From Octopus bimaculoides (taxonomy: Eukaryota): 55,046 nucleotides of DNA. This document shows, piece after piece, positions 10,634 to 23,826 of the stretch. Made by a program: the position numbers and the translations under genes. The notes below the pieces were generated by a model. That model made no database searches. It worked only from the letters and a program-made list of their open reading frames with translations, and was not told where the DNA came from. The first letter of the stretch is position 1, and each line of letters starts with the position of its first letter. Location: contig NC_069000.1 of NCBI RefSeq assembly GCF_001194135.2, positions 27,861,500-27,916,545 of the forward strand, given 5' to 3'.

Positions 10634-10833
10634 CTGCTTGACTGGCCCTCGTGCAGGTGGCATGTAAAAAGCACCCACTACACTCTCTGAGTGGTTGGTG
10701 TTAGGAAGGGCATCCATCTGTAGAAACTATGCCAGATCAGATGGAGCCTGGTACAGCCTCTAGCTCACCAGTCCTCAGTCAAACCATCCAACCCATGCCT
10801 GCATGGAAAGCAGACGTTAAACGATGATGGTGA
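10634..10833 (+). mobile_element. RTE-associated 3' tail ending in (GAT)n
   Basis: GGCATGTAAAAAGCACCCACTACACTC...GTTAGGAAGGGCATCCA...GACGTTAAACGATGATG. The same sequence terminates the RTE copies at 16540 and 24744. Confidence 0.82.
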
Positions 10834-10849
10834 TATACATATATATGTG

Positions 10850-11050
10850 TGTGTCTGTGTGTCTTTGTGTCTGTTTGTCCCCATCACCACTTGACAACTG
10901 GTGTTGGTGTGTTTAGGTCCCTATAACTTAGCAGTTTGGCAAAAGAGACTGATAGAATAAGTATTAGGCTTAAGAAATTAGTCCTGCAACCCTTCAAGGC
11001 AGTGCTCTAGCATGGTCGCAGTCAAATGACTGAAACAAGTAAAAGAATAG
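10850..11050 (+). mobile_element. SINE-type interspersed repeat following (TG)n
   Basis: GACAACTGGTGTTGGTGTGTTTA...AACTTAGCAGTTTGGCAAAAGAGAC...GACTGAAACAA. Second copy at 46345-46580. Confidence 0.7.
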
Positions 11051-11399
11051 AAGAATATGTGACAAAGAAATGAAGAAGGTACCGAGTGGTCATGGGATGT
11101 GCAAGAAACAATAGCTAAATCTCCCTTAAATCACACACCTTTTCGTGTGGAAATTATTTTGAAATTATAAACAGAGGCCAGTTTTACCCAATTAATGGCT
11201 GAGAGGAAGCTGTCCTTGAAAGGTTGGGCAGAAATGATGAATGCCTACACTGCCTCCATTATTATTTATTGCTTGACCATCATGCCTAGCTCTAGCTACC
11301 ACTCAATCAAATTAGAATGCCTATTATTTGTGTATTTTATGGAAAGAAAATATTTCAATGGTCAGTCTGCTGTCAGAATCCTGTCTGGTGGATTAGGTA

Positions 11400-11760
11400 T
11401 GCTGTAGCTCCATGTGTAGACACACACTGAAGTTGCAGCACCTGGAATGAAATGTGTTATCAGGCACTCACAGCCTTCTACAGTCATGTGTGGAGGATCT
11501 GTCTGTTGGCTGACTCAGTTAGGTAGGTAAGGCAGTTTTTCTTTGTCTCTGGAGGCAATTGCCAAAAACGTTGTTTAGTGAACAACTCTGGAAGACATGA
11601 GAACAGACAATTTCCTCTTTGACAGATCCCTCATTGACTTTTTCAAGTTCTACTTGAAAAGGAAAGTAAAAGTTGAGAAGGAGTCATTGTCCTCAACCGA
11701 ATTTATTGAAAAGTAGGTGAAAGTTGCAAAAATTGCCATAGTGAATGGCTCCACTTTAAT
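11400..11760 (+). mobile_element. Degenerate L1/Tx1-like LINE, ORF2 C-terminal fragment
   Basis: Decayed frame SLIDFFKFYLKRKVKVEKESLSSTEFIEK, resembling the ORF2 C-termini of L1/Tx1-like LINEs (recognised from memory). Confidence 0.5.
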
Positions 11761-12079
11761 TAAATTGGAGAAATGGAACTGGAGATGGCACTTAGCCCTG
11801 GTGTCCACAGAAAACTTTCTAAGTTCCTCAATTGTCCCATGCGGTCCTCCTGATAAAGGACCATATCACTATTACCTATCTTTTTTTTAAATACACGATA
11901 CATACTTCCTTTTTTTAATTTTATGTAAATCACTAGACTTTATATCTATATTGTCTCACTTGTCTGTCACCCTGGTAGCAATTAAAGAAATCATTAGTAT
12001 TATTATTATTAAAGCAAGTTGGCAGAATCATTAGCATGCTGGTCAAAATACTTAGTGGAATTTTTCTGTGTTTACAATT

Positions 12080-12800
12080 TGAACAAAGGATACATTCAAC
12101 TTCCTAATCCACTGAGCAGATTACACTATCCTTATCCATTGACTTAAATACACTATCTAGATACAATCTGGATGACCCGCTGTGGTTGTTCCATGTCCAC
12201 ACTGGCTGGTACATCAGGAAAATTCAATCAAAAGCCATTAGACAGCTGGAAAATTCTGAGTAAGTTTTGAGGCTTTTGGACCACATTCTACTATTCTACT
12301 ATTCTATTAATTACCCCCCCCCCCACACACACACACAATCTTTCTGTGCATTAAATATAATTTCAATCCCCAACAAGTACCAAAGAGCAATACATTCCTG
12401 GAATGTTCCTAAACACCTAAAGAAATCTGGCCTTCCAGCCCCTGTTGGAACATAAATTGTTACCAGTCTAATGACACCACACTTTCCACCACTCACATGC
12501 AGGACCACCAATCTACTGTGTGGTCCAAAAAGACTGCCCGTACTTGGAGATCTAAAGATTCTCAGAATAGCACAGTTACCTTTCCACCTGATGCCAACAG
12601 ACCATGAGATGTGTCATCGATCATGGAGCTTGTGCATGCTTTCTAGTAATACTTGTCTCACCAATGACTGCCACATCTAAATTAAGCAGCCCGAAATCAT
12701 TGAGCAAGTGACCTGGCTTCTAAGCTGACTCCAGGTCATGCACATTCAATCTCCTCACTCTCAGCAGTCATGTCAGTTGGAGAAAAATGGAAATTGCTTG
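12080..12800 (-). mobile_element. Degenerate L1/Tx1-like LINE, apurinic endonuclease region
   Basis: LVVLHVSGGKCGVIRLVTIYVPTGAGRPDFFRCL, with upstream decayed LNLDVAVIGET. Confidence 0.7.
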
Positions 12801-13042
12801 CCTTGATTTTTGAGGAGCCAGGATGTTTCTAACCTCTCCTTGGATGAAAGTTTTTTAAAAGGCCTTTCTAAAAGTCTTCTATTCATAGTTTTTTTTAATC
12901 TCAACACTAATGGGAATTTTTCCAATATGTTTTATAAGTCAGAAGACTTCTGCCATTAGTACACCCATTCACTATTTATGCTTTCTCTCCAAGAGAAAGA
13001 CAAGTGAAATGATCATCATCATCATTTAACAGCCGTTGTCCA

Positions 13043-13650
13043 TGGACCTAAGCTTAAAATCAGACCCATAGTATCAGGAATTAACAGTCCTTTCTATAAG
13101 ATTTCTTGGCTCCTCTCTAAACTCCTAGTCCTTACTATATATATTCCCCGGACATGTCAGCGGTTCTCACGAAATCTTCACAAGACTCAAAGATATCGAC
13201 CCCTCTATACTTAAAACTAACAAAAAGTTTAGACGTAGTTTCCCTCTACACCTCTGTACCCACTCTCCCAGCCATTGATATCCTCATAGACCACATCACG
13301 TATAAACAACAACTGCAGCAATGTGACCGACAAGGCCGTCAACACCAAGCATTTCCTCAGAGACCAAACCCTGAATGGCTAGCCCTTCCCTGAGAAAAGC
13401 TCTGTCCAAGAACAACACCTCTGACTATTCCAAGGAGTGCACATTACCAAGCGACCTGGAATTGTGCCAGAGGACCTATGTTGTATATGAGATCATCTGT
13501 GGCAAATGTGGTGCATCCTGCATAGGAAGCACAACAAGAAAACTGCATATATGCATTAAGGAACACATGCAGGCAGACACTTCCACGAAGAAACATCTAT
13601 GGAAATGCCAGACCCGGGAATTCACAGTGCGGAACAGGAGCAACCTTAGA
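13043..13650 (+). mobile_element. Near-identical second copy of the Penelope segment 5254-5860
   Basis: About a dozen substitutions over roughly 600 bp by eye, with the same deletions and frameshifts. Embedded in a (CAT)n-ended RTE 3'-tail fragment spanning about 13012-13750. Confidence 0.9.
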
Positions 13651-14679
13651 ACAGTTTGGACTGAACAGTTTGACTTGGGCTGGTAAGCTGAGGGGCTGCA
13701 CCAGACTCCAATCTAATTTGGCATGGTTTCTATAGCTGGATGCCCTTCCTTATGGCTTGTATTTCATCTCTGAGATTCTGAAGCAAACACCATGTATGTG
13801 TATGGGTGAGAGATTAATATGACAAAGTTCTGTAAGCACAGGACAGATGACTAAGATGATGGGTGTCAGAATCAGCAGAACATTGGACAAACTGATTTCT
13901 AATATATATTTGGTTATGCCTCCTTTAAATTCTGAATTCAAGTCCAGCTCAGGTCCACAAGTAATGAACCTTCATCCTGTCCATGAGAGATCATCCTCTG
14001 ATCTACTTTACATTTTTAGTAGTCATAGATAATTACCATTAGTGCCATATTTAGTGAGTCAAGAAATTATAATTCATTAGAATTATATTGAAGTATGAAC
14101 AAACAACTCATAATGTTAATGACTCAATCAGGTCAAGAAAAGTATGTGAGACAATATAAATAAGTTTAAAATTAAATACAATGGTTAGAACTTTGGTATT
14201 TCAATGACAACTGTGGATAGTTTCATACATCACAACCACTGTTACTCCAAGACCTTAGAAAAACTAGGGAAAATATAGGTCTATTTTTTAAAATAGACAT
14301 GGAATTAGTTATTTAAATAATGACTGTTTGCTAGGGATTTAATTATAATTAAAATTTCTTAGCTCATTATGTTAAATATGTTAGTGCCCACTTTACTACT
14401 TGTTCTTCATATAGTAGATGTCCTTGGAAATACCTTCCTCCAATTATCTTACTAGGTAAAGCACTAACCCTATAGATCTTTAATTCAGAAAACGATTGAT
14501 GTTTTGATATGTTGCTATTTAGTCCTGACAGAACAGCATGAATATTTGATCAAAGACATTCTAGCTGGAGGGAAGAAGTAATCATCATTTAATACCCGTT
14601 TTTCATGTTGGCAAGCTTGAGGACAGTGCCAAGTTCTACCGTCCGGTAATACCTTGTTCAATATATTCTAAGACAGTAG

Positions 14680-14889
14680 GGCAGCGAGCTGGCAGAATTG
14701 TTAGCACGCCGGGCGAAATGCTTAGCGGTATTTTGTCTGCTGAGGTCAACTTTGTCTTTCATCCTTTTGGGATCAATTAAATAAGTACCAGTTACACACT
14801 GGAGTTAAAGTAATTGACTTAATCCCTTTGTCTGTCCTTGTTTGTCCCCTCTATGTTTAACCCTCTGTGGGTAATAAAGAAATAAATAG
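14680..14889 (+). mobile_element. tRNA-derived SINE family 1 with 15-bp TSD
   Basis: Same head and core as 1767-1899, A-rich tail, and direct repeat ATTCTAAGACAGTAG at 14665-14679 and 14890-14904. Confidence 0.88.
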
Positions 14890-15281
14890 ATTCTAAGACA
14901 GTAGTGTGATTTTATGAAGGCTTGATTACTATTTCTAGCAGGCCAGGTCACCATATAGAGGCTCCCTCATTAGCTGGAACTATTTTTTTAAGGCAGTTCT
15001 GAATGCTGTCATCTGTATTTCCACAATACTCTTTCCTTATAGTTTACATGAAGCATTGTTATTGAAATACCAACCATAAAGTGTGATGAAAGCTACAACA
15101 CACGTCTATGTTTACCTGGGGTAACTTAGCCATTTGATAAATACAGATTTGGTAAAACGAGTGCCAGAATGCAATAAGGTGGTGCCTCATCTTGGTCACA
15201 GACTGAATTAATAAAAGTAAATCTAAGCAAAGTACTACAAAGGTTCCCAGGCTAGTTATGTTTAATAAAAAAATAACTTAT

Positions 15282-15720
15282 TTACCTCAGTTTTGCTATC
15301 ATCTCTTTCAAAATAGTTGCCTTGCATGGTAGTACACCAGTTCCAGCATTCCTGCCACTTCTGGAATCTAGCTTAGAAGTCATTTTCTGTGAGTCGAGGA
15401 CCTTCTGCGATTTGCTCTTGATCTCACCAATGGTGTTAAAACGACAACCTTTGAGCTGTATTTTCATCTTGAGGAAGAGATGGAAGTCTGCAGATGCTAA
15501 ATCTGTCAAATAGGGTGGGTGCAGAAGCGATACCATGCTGTTTTTGGCGAGGAACTCATGAGCAGGAGAGCTTGGTGACAGACAGGTTGCATTGTTGTTG
15601 TGAAGAATCCAATTCTGGTTGCTTTCATCAAATTTTCTCCCTCAAACTCTTCAAAATGTCATTGATTGTCCTCCAACAATCCTCATGCACAAGCTGATAA
15701 GTTTTCTCCACATTTCCAGG
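15282..15720 (-). mobile_element. Mariner transposase remnant (C-terminal catalytic region)
   Basis: HPPYLTDLASADFHLFLKMKIQLKGCRF, a decayed form of the mariner HPPYSPDLAPxDF motif. Confidence 0.88.
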
Positions 15721-16539
15721 GATGAAACATGTAGAATAAGGGTAAGAAACTATTGGTTGGGTCTCCTGCTACAAGAAATCTGTTTCAGTTTAATGATAGA
15801 ACGACTTCAGACCCACGCATACTGATGAATAGATTTTTTCATATTTTCTGATTTACTTTTTTGTTGTTGCAAGATTATTTTGACTGAATATTTAAATGTC
15901 TGAGATAAACTGTTTTTAACAAGATTATAATTATTCAAACTGTACATATGGCAATAAGGCAGTGAAGTGGTAGTATTGGATAGACAGTCTAATGCTATAT
16001 GTCCAGGCTCTCAGCATTCAAATTCCACTGATGTTAACATAACCATTCTATCTCTCTGAGGTAGGTAAATTATTAGCTATGTACTGGAGCATATTCTTTT
16101 CTCCCTCTTAAAATCATTGCGTTCTGGGGAGCTACTAACAGCATCCTTTCCCCAGCAATAGAGAAAGGTTGAGTAAGGACTTGCAGCTTCTCACAGGAAA
16201 GCTAATATGCAACTAGAACCATTGAAAGACAGAGTGACAACACAAAATAGGAATAAATCATCAGCTGTTGTGAGGGTAAAAGGGTAATAACAATATAGAA
16301 TTCCAGAAATAAAAAGGAAACAGTGAGGGAGCCACTAAAGGGTTGTTTGATAAGCTAGAAATAACACTCAAATCTCTTTATCATTTGAAAAAGTGAAAGA
16401 CACGTTAGTGTAGTCTGAGATGTACTTTGCTAGGGGGAAAAAAAAGAAGGAATGGTCATAGCTAGAATATTTTTGATGCACAGGACCAAGAACAAATAAG
16501 ATAGCTGATGATGATCAGAAAGATCAGATAACTAAAACA

Positions 16540-19285
16540 ATCATCATCATCATCATCGTTTAACGTCCGCCTTCCATGCTAGCATGGGTTGAACGATTTG
16601 ACTGAGGACTGGTGAACTAGATGGTTACACCAGGCTCCAATCTGATTTGGCAGAGTTTCTACAGCTGGATGCCCTTCCTAATGCCAACCACTCCGAGTGT
16701 AGTGGGTGCTTTTATGTGCCACCGGCATGAAGGCCACTCAGGTAGTACTGGCAACGGCCACATTCAAAATGGTGTGTTTTATGTGCCACCTGCACAGGAG
16801 CCAGTCCAGTGACACTGACAATGATCTCGCTTGAATGTCTTTACACGTGCCAGGAAGGCAACGCTAGACACAGGTGCCATCACAATTTCGCTTTTGCTTG
16901 CCCCTACAGGTCTTCTCAAGCCGAGTTTTGTGTCCAATGAAGGAGACGACGTTGGCATAGGTGCCAGTCGTCGAATTTAGTTCGATTTCAATTTCACTTG
17001 CCTCAATAGGTCTTCGCAAGCGGAGTTTAGTGTCCAATGAAGGAAGGTACGCATAAGTGGGCTGGCTACACCCCTGGCAGAGGCCTTGGATTTAGGTCTC
17101 ACTTGGCTTGCCGGGTCTTCTCACGCACAGCATATCTCCAAAGGTCTCAGTCAGAAGTCATTGCCTCGGTGAGGCCCAATGTTCAATGGTTGTGCCTCAC
17201 CACCTCATCCCAGGTCTTCCTCTTCCACAGGTTCCCTCAACTGCTAGGGTGTGGCACTTTTTCACACAGCTATCCTCATCCATTCTCGCCACATGACCAT
17301 ACCAGCGCAATTGTCTCTCTTGCACACCACAACTGATGCTTCCTATGTTCAACTTTTCTCTCAAGGTACTTACACTCTGTCTAGTATGCACACTGACATT
17401 ACACGTCCATCAGAGCATGCTGGCTTCGTTTCTTGTGAGCTTATGTATGTCCTCAGCAGTCACAGCCCTTGTTTCACTGCCATGTAGCGTGGCTGTTTGT
17501 ACACATGCGTGATACAGTCTGCCTTTTACTCTGAGTGAGAGGCCCCTTGTCACCAGCAGAGGTAAGAACTCTCTGAACTTTCCCCAGGCTATTCTTATTC
17601 TAGCAGCTACACTTTCAGCGCACCCTCCCCCACTACTAACTTGGTCACCCAGATAGCAGAAGCTATCAACTAAGTCTAGTTTTTCTCCCTGGAAAGTGGC
17701 CAGAGTTGTTTTCTGCACATTTTCAGTGTTTATTGCTCCTGAACATCAACCACATACAAAAGCTGACTTCTTAGTTAACCTTCCTTTGATATTGCTGCAT
17801 CTCTTATGTGTCCATAGCTTGCAGTGGGCACATCTTATAGAGTTTCTACCTTCGCCTTTTCTACAGATTGAGCAGGGCTGTCTACCTGAAGGGGTTTGTG
17901 TTTTGTCTACCTTCCTACTTATTAGGACTTTGGTTTTAGCTAGGTTGACTCCAAGGCCCTTCAATTCTAGTCCTTGCTTCAACACCTGAAACTTCTCCTC
18001 TAGTTCTGATAGTGACTCAGCAATTAGTGCAAGGTCATCAGCATAGAGGAGCTCCGAGGGGCATCTTGTCTTGAATTCCTCTGTTATCGCCTGGAGGACT
18101 ATGATAAATAGGAGGGAGCTGAGGACTGAACCTTGGTGGACTCCTACCTCTACCCGGAATTCTTCACTGTACTCGTTGCTAACCCTCACCTTACNNNNNN
18201 NNNNNNNNNNNNNNNNNNNNNNNNNNNNNNNNNNNNNNNNNNNNNNNNNNNNNNNNNNNNNNNNNNNNNNNNNNNNNNNNNNNNNNNNNNNNNNNNNNNN
18301 NNNNNNNNNNNNNNNNNNNNNNNNNNNNNNNNNNNNNNNNNNNNNNNNNNNNNNNNNNNNNNNNNNNNNNNNNNNNNNNNNNNNNNNNNNNNNNNNNNNN
18401 NNNNNNNNNNNNNNNNNNNNNNNNNNNNNNNNNNNNNNNNNNNNNNNNNNNNNNNNNNNNNNNNNNNNNNNNNNNNNTATAGCATCAGTGGTGCTTTTCC
18501 CTGGCACAAAACCAAACTGCATCTCATCTAAACTGACTCTCTCCCTAATTAGTTGGGCTGTGACCCTCCCCGTGACTTTCATTACCTGATCTAACAACTT
18601 GATACCTCTGTAATTATTTGTATCTAAAGCGTCACCTTTACCTTTGTAGCAGTTGGCTATGGTACTGCTACACCAGTCATTGGGTATGACTCCTTCATGT
18701 ATCACCTGGTTAACAATACGGGTGACTAGGCTATAGCCTACACTGCCAGATATTTTGAGCATCTCTGCAGAGATTCCTGATGGGCCGGGGGGCTTTCCCT
18801 GTCTTCATACTCTTTATAGCCTTATCTACCATGGTACTGTCAACTCGAATCTCTGGTCCCTCTGTTGGGTTGACATTCGGCAGACTCTCTTTCTCCCATT
18901 CATTCTCTTTATTGAGCAACCTTTCGTAGTGGCGTCTCCAAACCTCTTTCTTTGCAGCCTCGTTTAGTGCAAGTGTATCATCATCCATGCGAACACATTT
19001 CTCTCCCACAACTTCCTGATTCTCTCTCACACACTGTCTTGCAACACAAAATACCTCAAGTCTTTGGTCCTCACGGCGCAGAACATTGGCAAATTTTTTC
19101 TTATCTGCTTCCCCTCTGGCTAAATAAACCTGTCGCTTAGCTTCCCTTCTAGCAGTCTGATACAATTCCCTGCTACCACCGTTTTTCCAGTCCTTCCAAG
19201 CCTGTTTCTTTTGTCTAATAGCCCTGTCAACAACATTGTTCCACCACCACGTTATTTTGGGTTGAGAGGGGACTTTGCACCATAT
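16540..19285 (-). mobile_element. RTE-clade LINE, 5'-truncated
   Basis: RT motifs QFGFVPGKSTTDAI, VGVHQGSVLS, LLYADDLALIAES and LHGSETRAVT. 3' UTR ends in (GAT)n at 16540-16556. N gap at 18195-18477. Confidence 0.95.
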
Positions 19286-20220
19286 GTTGATGCAAATATT
19301 TAAATGTTCCATCAATATTAGATAATACTAGTAGTCTGAAAAATTAATTACATTTGTTTTGTTGCTCAGTCTTCAGCAACATCATCAGATAGATGCTGAT
19401 AGAGATTCTGCAGTTGCTCAATGCACAAGAAATAGCAACCAAATCTCCAAATTACATCATCATCATCAGTATTTTGCAAGCACTTTTCCATGCTGCCATG
19501 ATTTGGACAGTTTTTCTGAGGCAGTGTATTATGACTGGATACTCTTCCTGTTGCCAACCTTTAGTCACCTTTAACAACATGCATGAGCATGGAATATCAA
19601 TTCTAAAACTGAGATAGACAAGAAGTACATATTGGATAATTTAGTGTCTGATAAACAATGGTCATGACTAAAATACCTTTGATCACAGATCTGTATGTTA
19701 AGTGATCAAACAACAACACTCATGTGCTCAACCTGGGATTGAACTTGTGAACTTCATTCAATTCCAACAGTTTTATCAACAATACCACTGACAAGTTGAA
19801 CTACCTTGTGAATCAGAGAATGCCAAATATTTGGAGACATGTGAGGAATGGGGACAATAGTTCTACAGAGTTTTTACATACCAGTTCACTGTTGATATTT
19901 TTTCAAAAACTATTTTGTTACCAGATTTCTGTTAAACTACACTGTCTGTTTTTGAAAATAATGAAGAATTTAGTAAAATGACTTTGTTATTATTAAACTG
20001 GTGCTTGGAGAATGACATGAAACTTTAACAAGAGGTTTTAATTTAGATCATTTCAAAACAGGAAGTTTGTATCATAGAATAAAGATGGTCTCAGTTGGGC
20101 TGGTACCTAAAGGATGAAGGAACATGAGGATTACAAGTAAGAAGCTATGGGCTGTGGCTCTTCACTGATAGAACATTACTTTGTCAAAATTAGGTGGCTT
20201 ACTAGTGTTAACTGTTTTAA

Positions 20221-20340
20221 CCTTTCAGCATTCAGATTTCTTTGTCAAATGAATTGCTTACTTATTCACATTGTTTTGAAATAATCCTGCATTATCTTGT
20301 AGCTTTGAGATTTCAATGGGCCAGATTAAATGCTAAAGAG
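20221..20340. mobile_element. TTAA-flanked MITE (piggyBac-type), short copy
   Basis: TTAA|CCTTTCAGCATT...AATGCTAAAGAG|TTAA. Internal sequence shared with 24094-24300. Confidence 0.7.
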
Positions 20341-21259
20341 TTAAGGCACTTAACATGTGGGATGATCACCAATAAAATGTGCTCAATTTAGTGGTGTACT
20401 TGGTGGTACGCTATGGTCTAGACTTACGTTATCCCTATGATCAAGTTTATTCTGTCTCCATCCCTATTATATTTTTTTACTCACAATTTACCCCAGACTA
20501 TATTATTCAATGTGTCAATTCTGATTGAGCAGGTAGTGACCCCTAAGTATGAACTGCAGATTTGTTTCTTCAGATATACCTTGCCTACTGCAGACCCTAG
20601 CATGCAGTGATGAATGCCTTAAAATGGATGAATATATTGGTGCACAAACAGAAACTAATGGTAGCACTAAATGTTCACTGACGATATTGTCTCATTGATT
20701 GGACACAATGTCTTGTGCATGTTATGACACAGCAAGCCTTTGCTGTGTCATAGACACTGACTGCAACAGCTGGAGCCTTTACATTCCTCTGACCCAATCC
20801 TTTTTCGTCAAAATGTGAAATTTCTGGAATACCTTTACTTCTCATGTCCTTTTTTTTTCCAAATGTGCAACAGTTTAATAGGAACATTCATAGTGACATA
20901 GCAACTATTAAAAAGAAAAAAAAAACTGTCCTTCTTTTCAATGTACTCTAGGATGTATGTGTGTAACAGCAACACAATCTCTGATATGGGAGAGTGTCCC
21001 ATTGTAAGCATTATATAACCTTTGTAAAGAAACAGATTTCAACCTGATTTTCTGATCTTAAGAAAGAAGACAGGTCTTTGGGATATAAATTTGATTACGT
21101 CATAACTAAGTAAATTGAATATGATGAAAAAATACAAGGCAAGATAGGAGCAAAATCTTGGAAAAAAGATCATTTCTTTTTTATCAAAAGAAAATATATA
21201 TACGAAAACACACACACACACATGCAATTGCACGCACATGCATGTACACAAAACTTATG

Positions 21260-21296
<37 letters not shown>

Positions 21297-21299
<3 letters not shown>

Positions 21300-21427
21300 A
21301 TAAATGACAGAGAAATATTTAGATGAATCTTTATTTAATGATAAAAATCCAAATATCTAAATGTCGTGATATTTGGATTTTTTATCGTTAAATAAAGATT
21401 CATCTAAATATTTCTGTCATTTATGAC
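21297..21427. mobile_element. 131-bp hairpin MITE inserted in (TA)n
   Basis: Near-perfect arms of about 60 bp (GTCATAAATGACAGA...CCAAATATC / GATATTTGG...CTGTCATTTATGAC), a 10-nt loop, and TA on both flanks. Confidence 0.8.
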
Positions 21428-22013
21428 TATATACACTCCTTATTCTACTCTCTTGTATATTACTATATATATTATATATGGTTTGTATAATGACACATTA
21501 AAAAACTTTTTTATGAGTACTAGCACATTACTTGAATCCATATATTGTGATTTTATATATATATATAATGTATATATCAGTAGACACAAATGCTCAAACA
21601 CAACTACACACATACACTATATAGATTATATATACAAGTAGATACAAATGTTCATGCATCATCATTATCATTTAACGTCTGCCTTCCATGCTGGCATGGG
21701 TGGGACATGCACTATAATATTAACATATATATATATATATAGATATATATATATAAAATGCATATTTGAAAGTATACGCAGTGTAAGATATCAAGTAAAT
21801 GATTCATTAAGAACTTATGACAAACACACACACAAAAGGAAACAGACAGAAGATAACCCTGTTTTAATAACAGAGAAATAAAATCTTTTCTTTTAATATT
21901 CAATAAACTGTATTCTTTAGTCATTCTTTTCTTCCCAACATGATCCTTAAACCTGACTTCCTCACTCACAAGCTACCAATTAAAAACTAATTGAAGTGAG
22001 TACTAAGGTGAAG

Positions 22014-22705
22014 TTAAGTACTTAGGTATTGTTCTGTAGTTGCATTAGCTAAGAGATTGATAGCTGAGAAGTCCACAGTGGTAACCACTTGTTGGCCAGT
22101 TTGTTCATCCCTTGTGATTAGGCTTGGATCAACAGTGATCTGGTATACCTCTGTTGCAGTGTGCTGCCCACAGTCCTCACTTGGGATGGTTGTAAGGTGA
22201 TGGGTGGTAGTTGCTGAAGTGGAGTGAGCCACCTCAGACTCAGCAGCAGCAGCTGCTGCCACCACTGCCTGCTGCTCCAGTGCCTTACACTCTTCATCTG
22301 TGACATTTGCTGATGTCACAATGTATGTCATGACAGGTGCTGTGTTGTCTTCCACTGTGACTGTCTCATTTGTTACTGCTTCTTCCTCTAACACCGACGC
22401 AGCTGCTGCCGCTGCTAGCTTGTCTGCATTATCATTATCATCATCTCCAGTTGTTGGCAATGCCACACCTTGCAATTCTAAGGAACTCCCAGCATCCTGC
22501 ACAAGTTTGTGTCGTCGCACATGGCGGTAGTATGTGGACATATCATAGAAGGAGAGGTTACACATTTTGCATGAATAAGGCTTGGTCCCTGTATGTTGGT
22601 TAAGGTGTTCCTTCAGATACTGAAGTCTAGTGAATGTCTTTGGGCAGAGGTTACACAGAAATGGTCGTGCTCCAGAGTGTTTCAACTTGTGACGCTGCAG
22701 ATCTC
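22014..22705 (-). CDS. C2H2 zinc-finger protein, terminal exon D (end of finger 6, fingers 7-8, acidic/Ala/Thr-rich tail, stop)
   Basis: Acceptor TTTCCTTGCAG. G+GA gives Gly, then DLQRHKLKHSGARPFLCNLCPKTFTRLQYLKEHLNQHTGTKPYSCKMCNLSFYDMSTYYRHVRRH...TEQYLST, with TAA at 22016-22014. The four exons total 1980 nt and stay in frame. Confidence 0.95.
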
Positions 22706-23826
22706 CTGCAAGGAAACAAAAATAACAAGTATGACAACATTAATACAGCAATAAATAACAGGAGTATTGTGCTAATGATAATGGTGGTGGTGAACATGTT
22801 GGTAATGATGGTGAAGATGTTGGTTAAATAGGTGAGCTCTGTATAATTAGGCCTTAGGTTAACAGCATTCCCATCATGACCACAATATCTAGATTTTTAA
22901 ACATAATACATTTAGGACTATATTAGTCAATGTTTTTTTTTTTTAAGATAGCAAGATATGATTTGAGGGATATTTTGCTGCTATCTCTAGTTTGTTAAGC
23001 ACAGAATTTCTTTCATTGGTTTACATGTGTATGCTGAAGTCGTTGGTGATGATGGGACATCTTTCAGTCATAACTACAACATTAAAACAAGGTGGGGCAT
23101 CTTTCAATACTCACTTAACATTGAAATAAAACAGGATATCTTTTAATACTTGCTAATTATGCTGGCACAAGAGGGACATCCCTGTACGTTAAACAACAGT
23201 AGTAGTAATCTAACTTTGTGTAACTGAGTTGTTGAATGAATTCCAGATGAAGCACATGATGTGTTTGTTGGAGTAAGTGTTGCAGTATTGCCATAGCTAA
23301 ATCAACAAAAACTCCTGATTGAGCCAAATCCCTACATAACAATACTACTTATCAAACAAAACAAACATACACAAGCCACTGAAGAGGACCTGTATGTAGT
23401 CACTCAACATCTTATATATAGCAATCATATCTCCCTCAAATCACATTCTACTGTCCTTGAAGAAAGGTATATTGAACAATGTAGTGCTTGATAAAAAAAA
23501 AACCAAAATACGCAAGGTTGTCATTGCTGGAACACCTTTGTAAGTTAGATCAGGACTATCCAGGACTAAACAATAATGACTCAATGGAGGAGTAACCAAG
23601 TCATCACCTGATCAGCTAGAAACAGCAGCCAAATCTCCCTCAAACCTCAAACCACATTCCACCATCTAAAAGAAGGGCACATGCCATAGTGTAATTCAAA
23701 ATGCCTGAACAAAATGGAAAACAAGATGGTCATATTTGAAACATCTCTGATTATAAATATGTTCAATCAGTACTGACCTAGAGTTAAGTAACAACAAAAC
23801 AAGTAAAATGAACATGTTCAACTAAC

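Noticed and set aside
11400-12800. Oppositely oriented L1/Tx1 fragments as a twin-priming inversion
   Set aside because: The geometry is convergent (3' piece on the left), not the inverted-5'-then-3' order expected. There is no TSD or poly(A) tail, so independent or rearranged fragments are more likely.
20675-20887. 70-aa minus-strand ORF downstream of the zinc-finger gene
   Set aside because: Short, no recognisable domain and no supporting splice sites. Probably UTR or intergenic.
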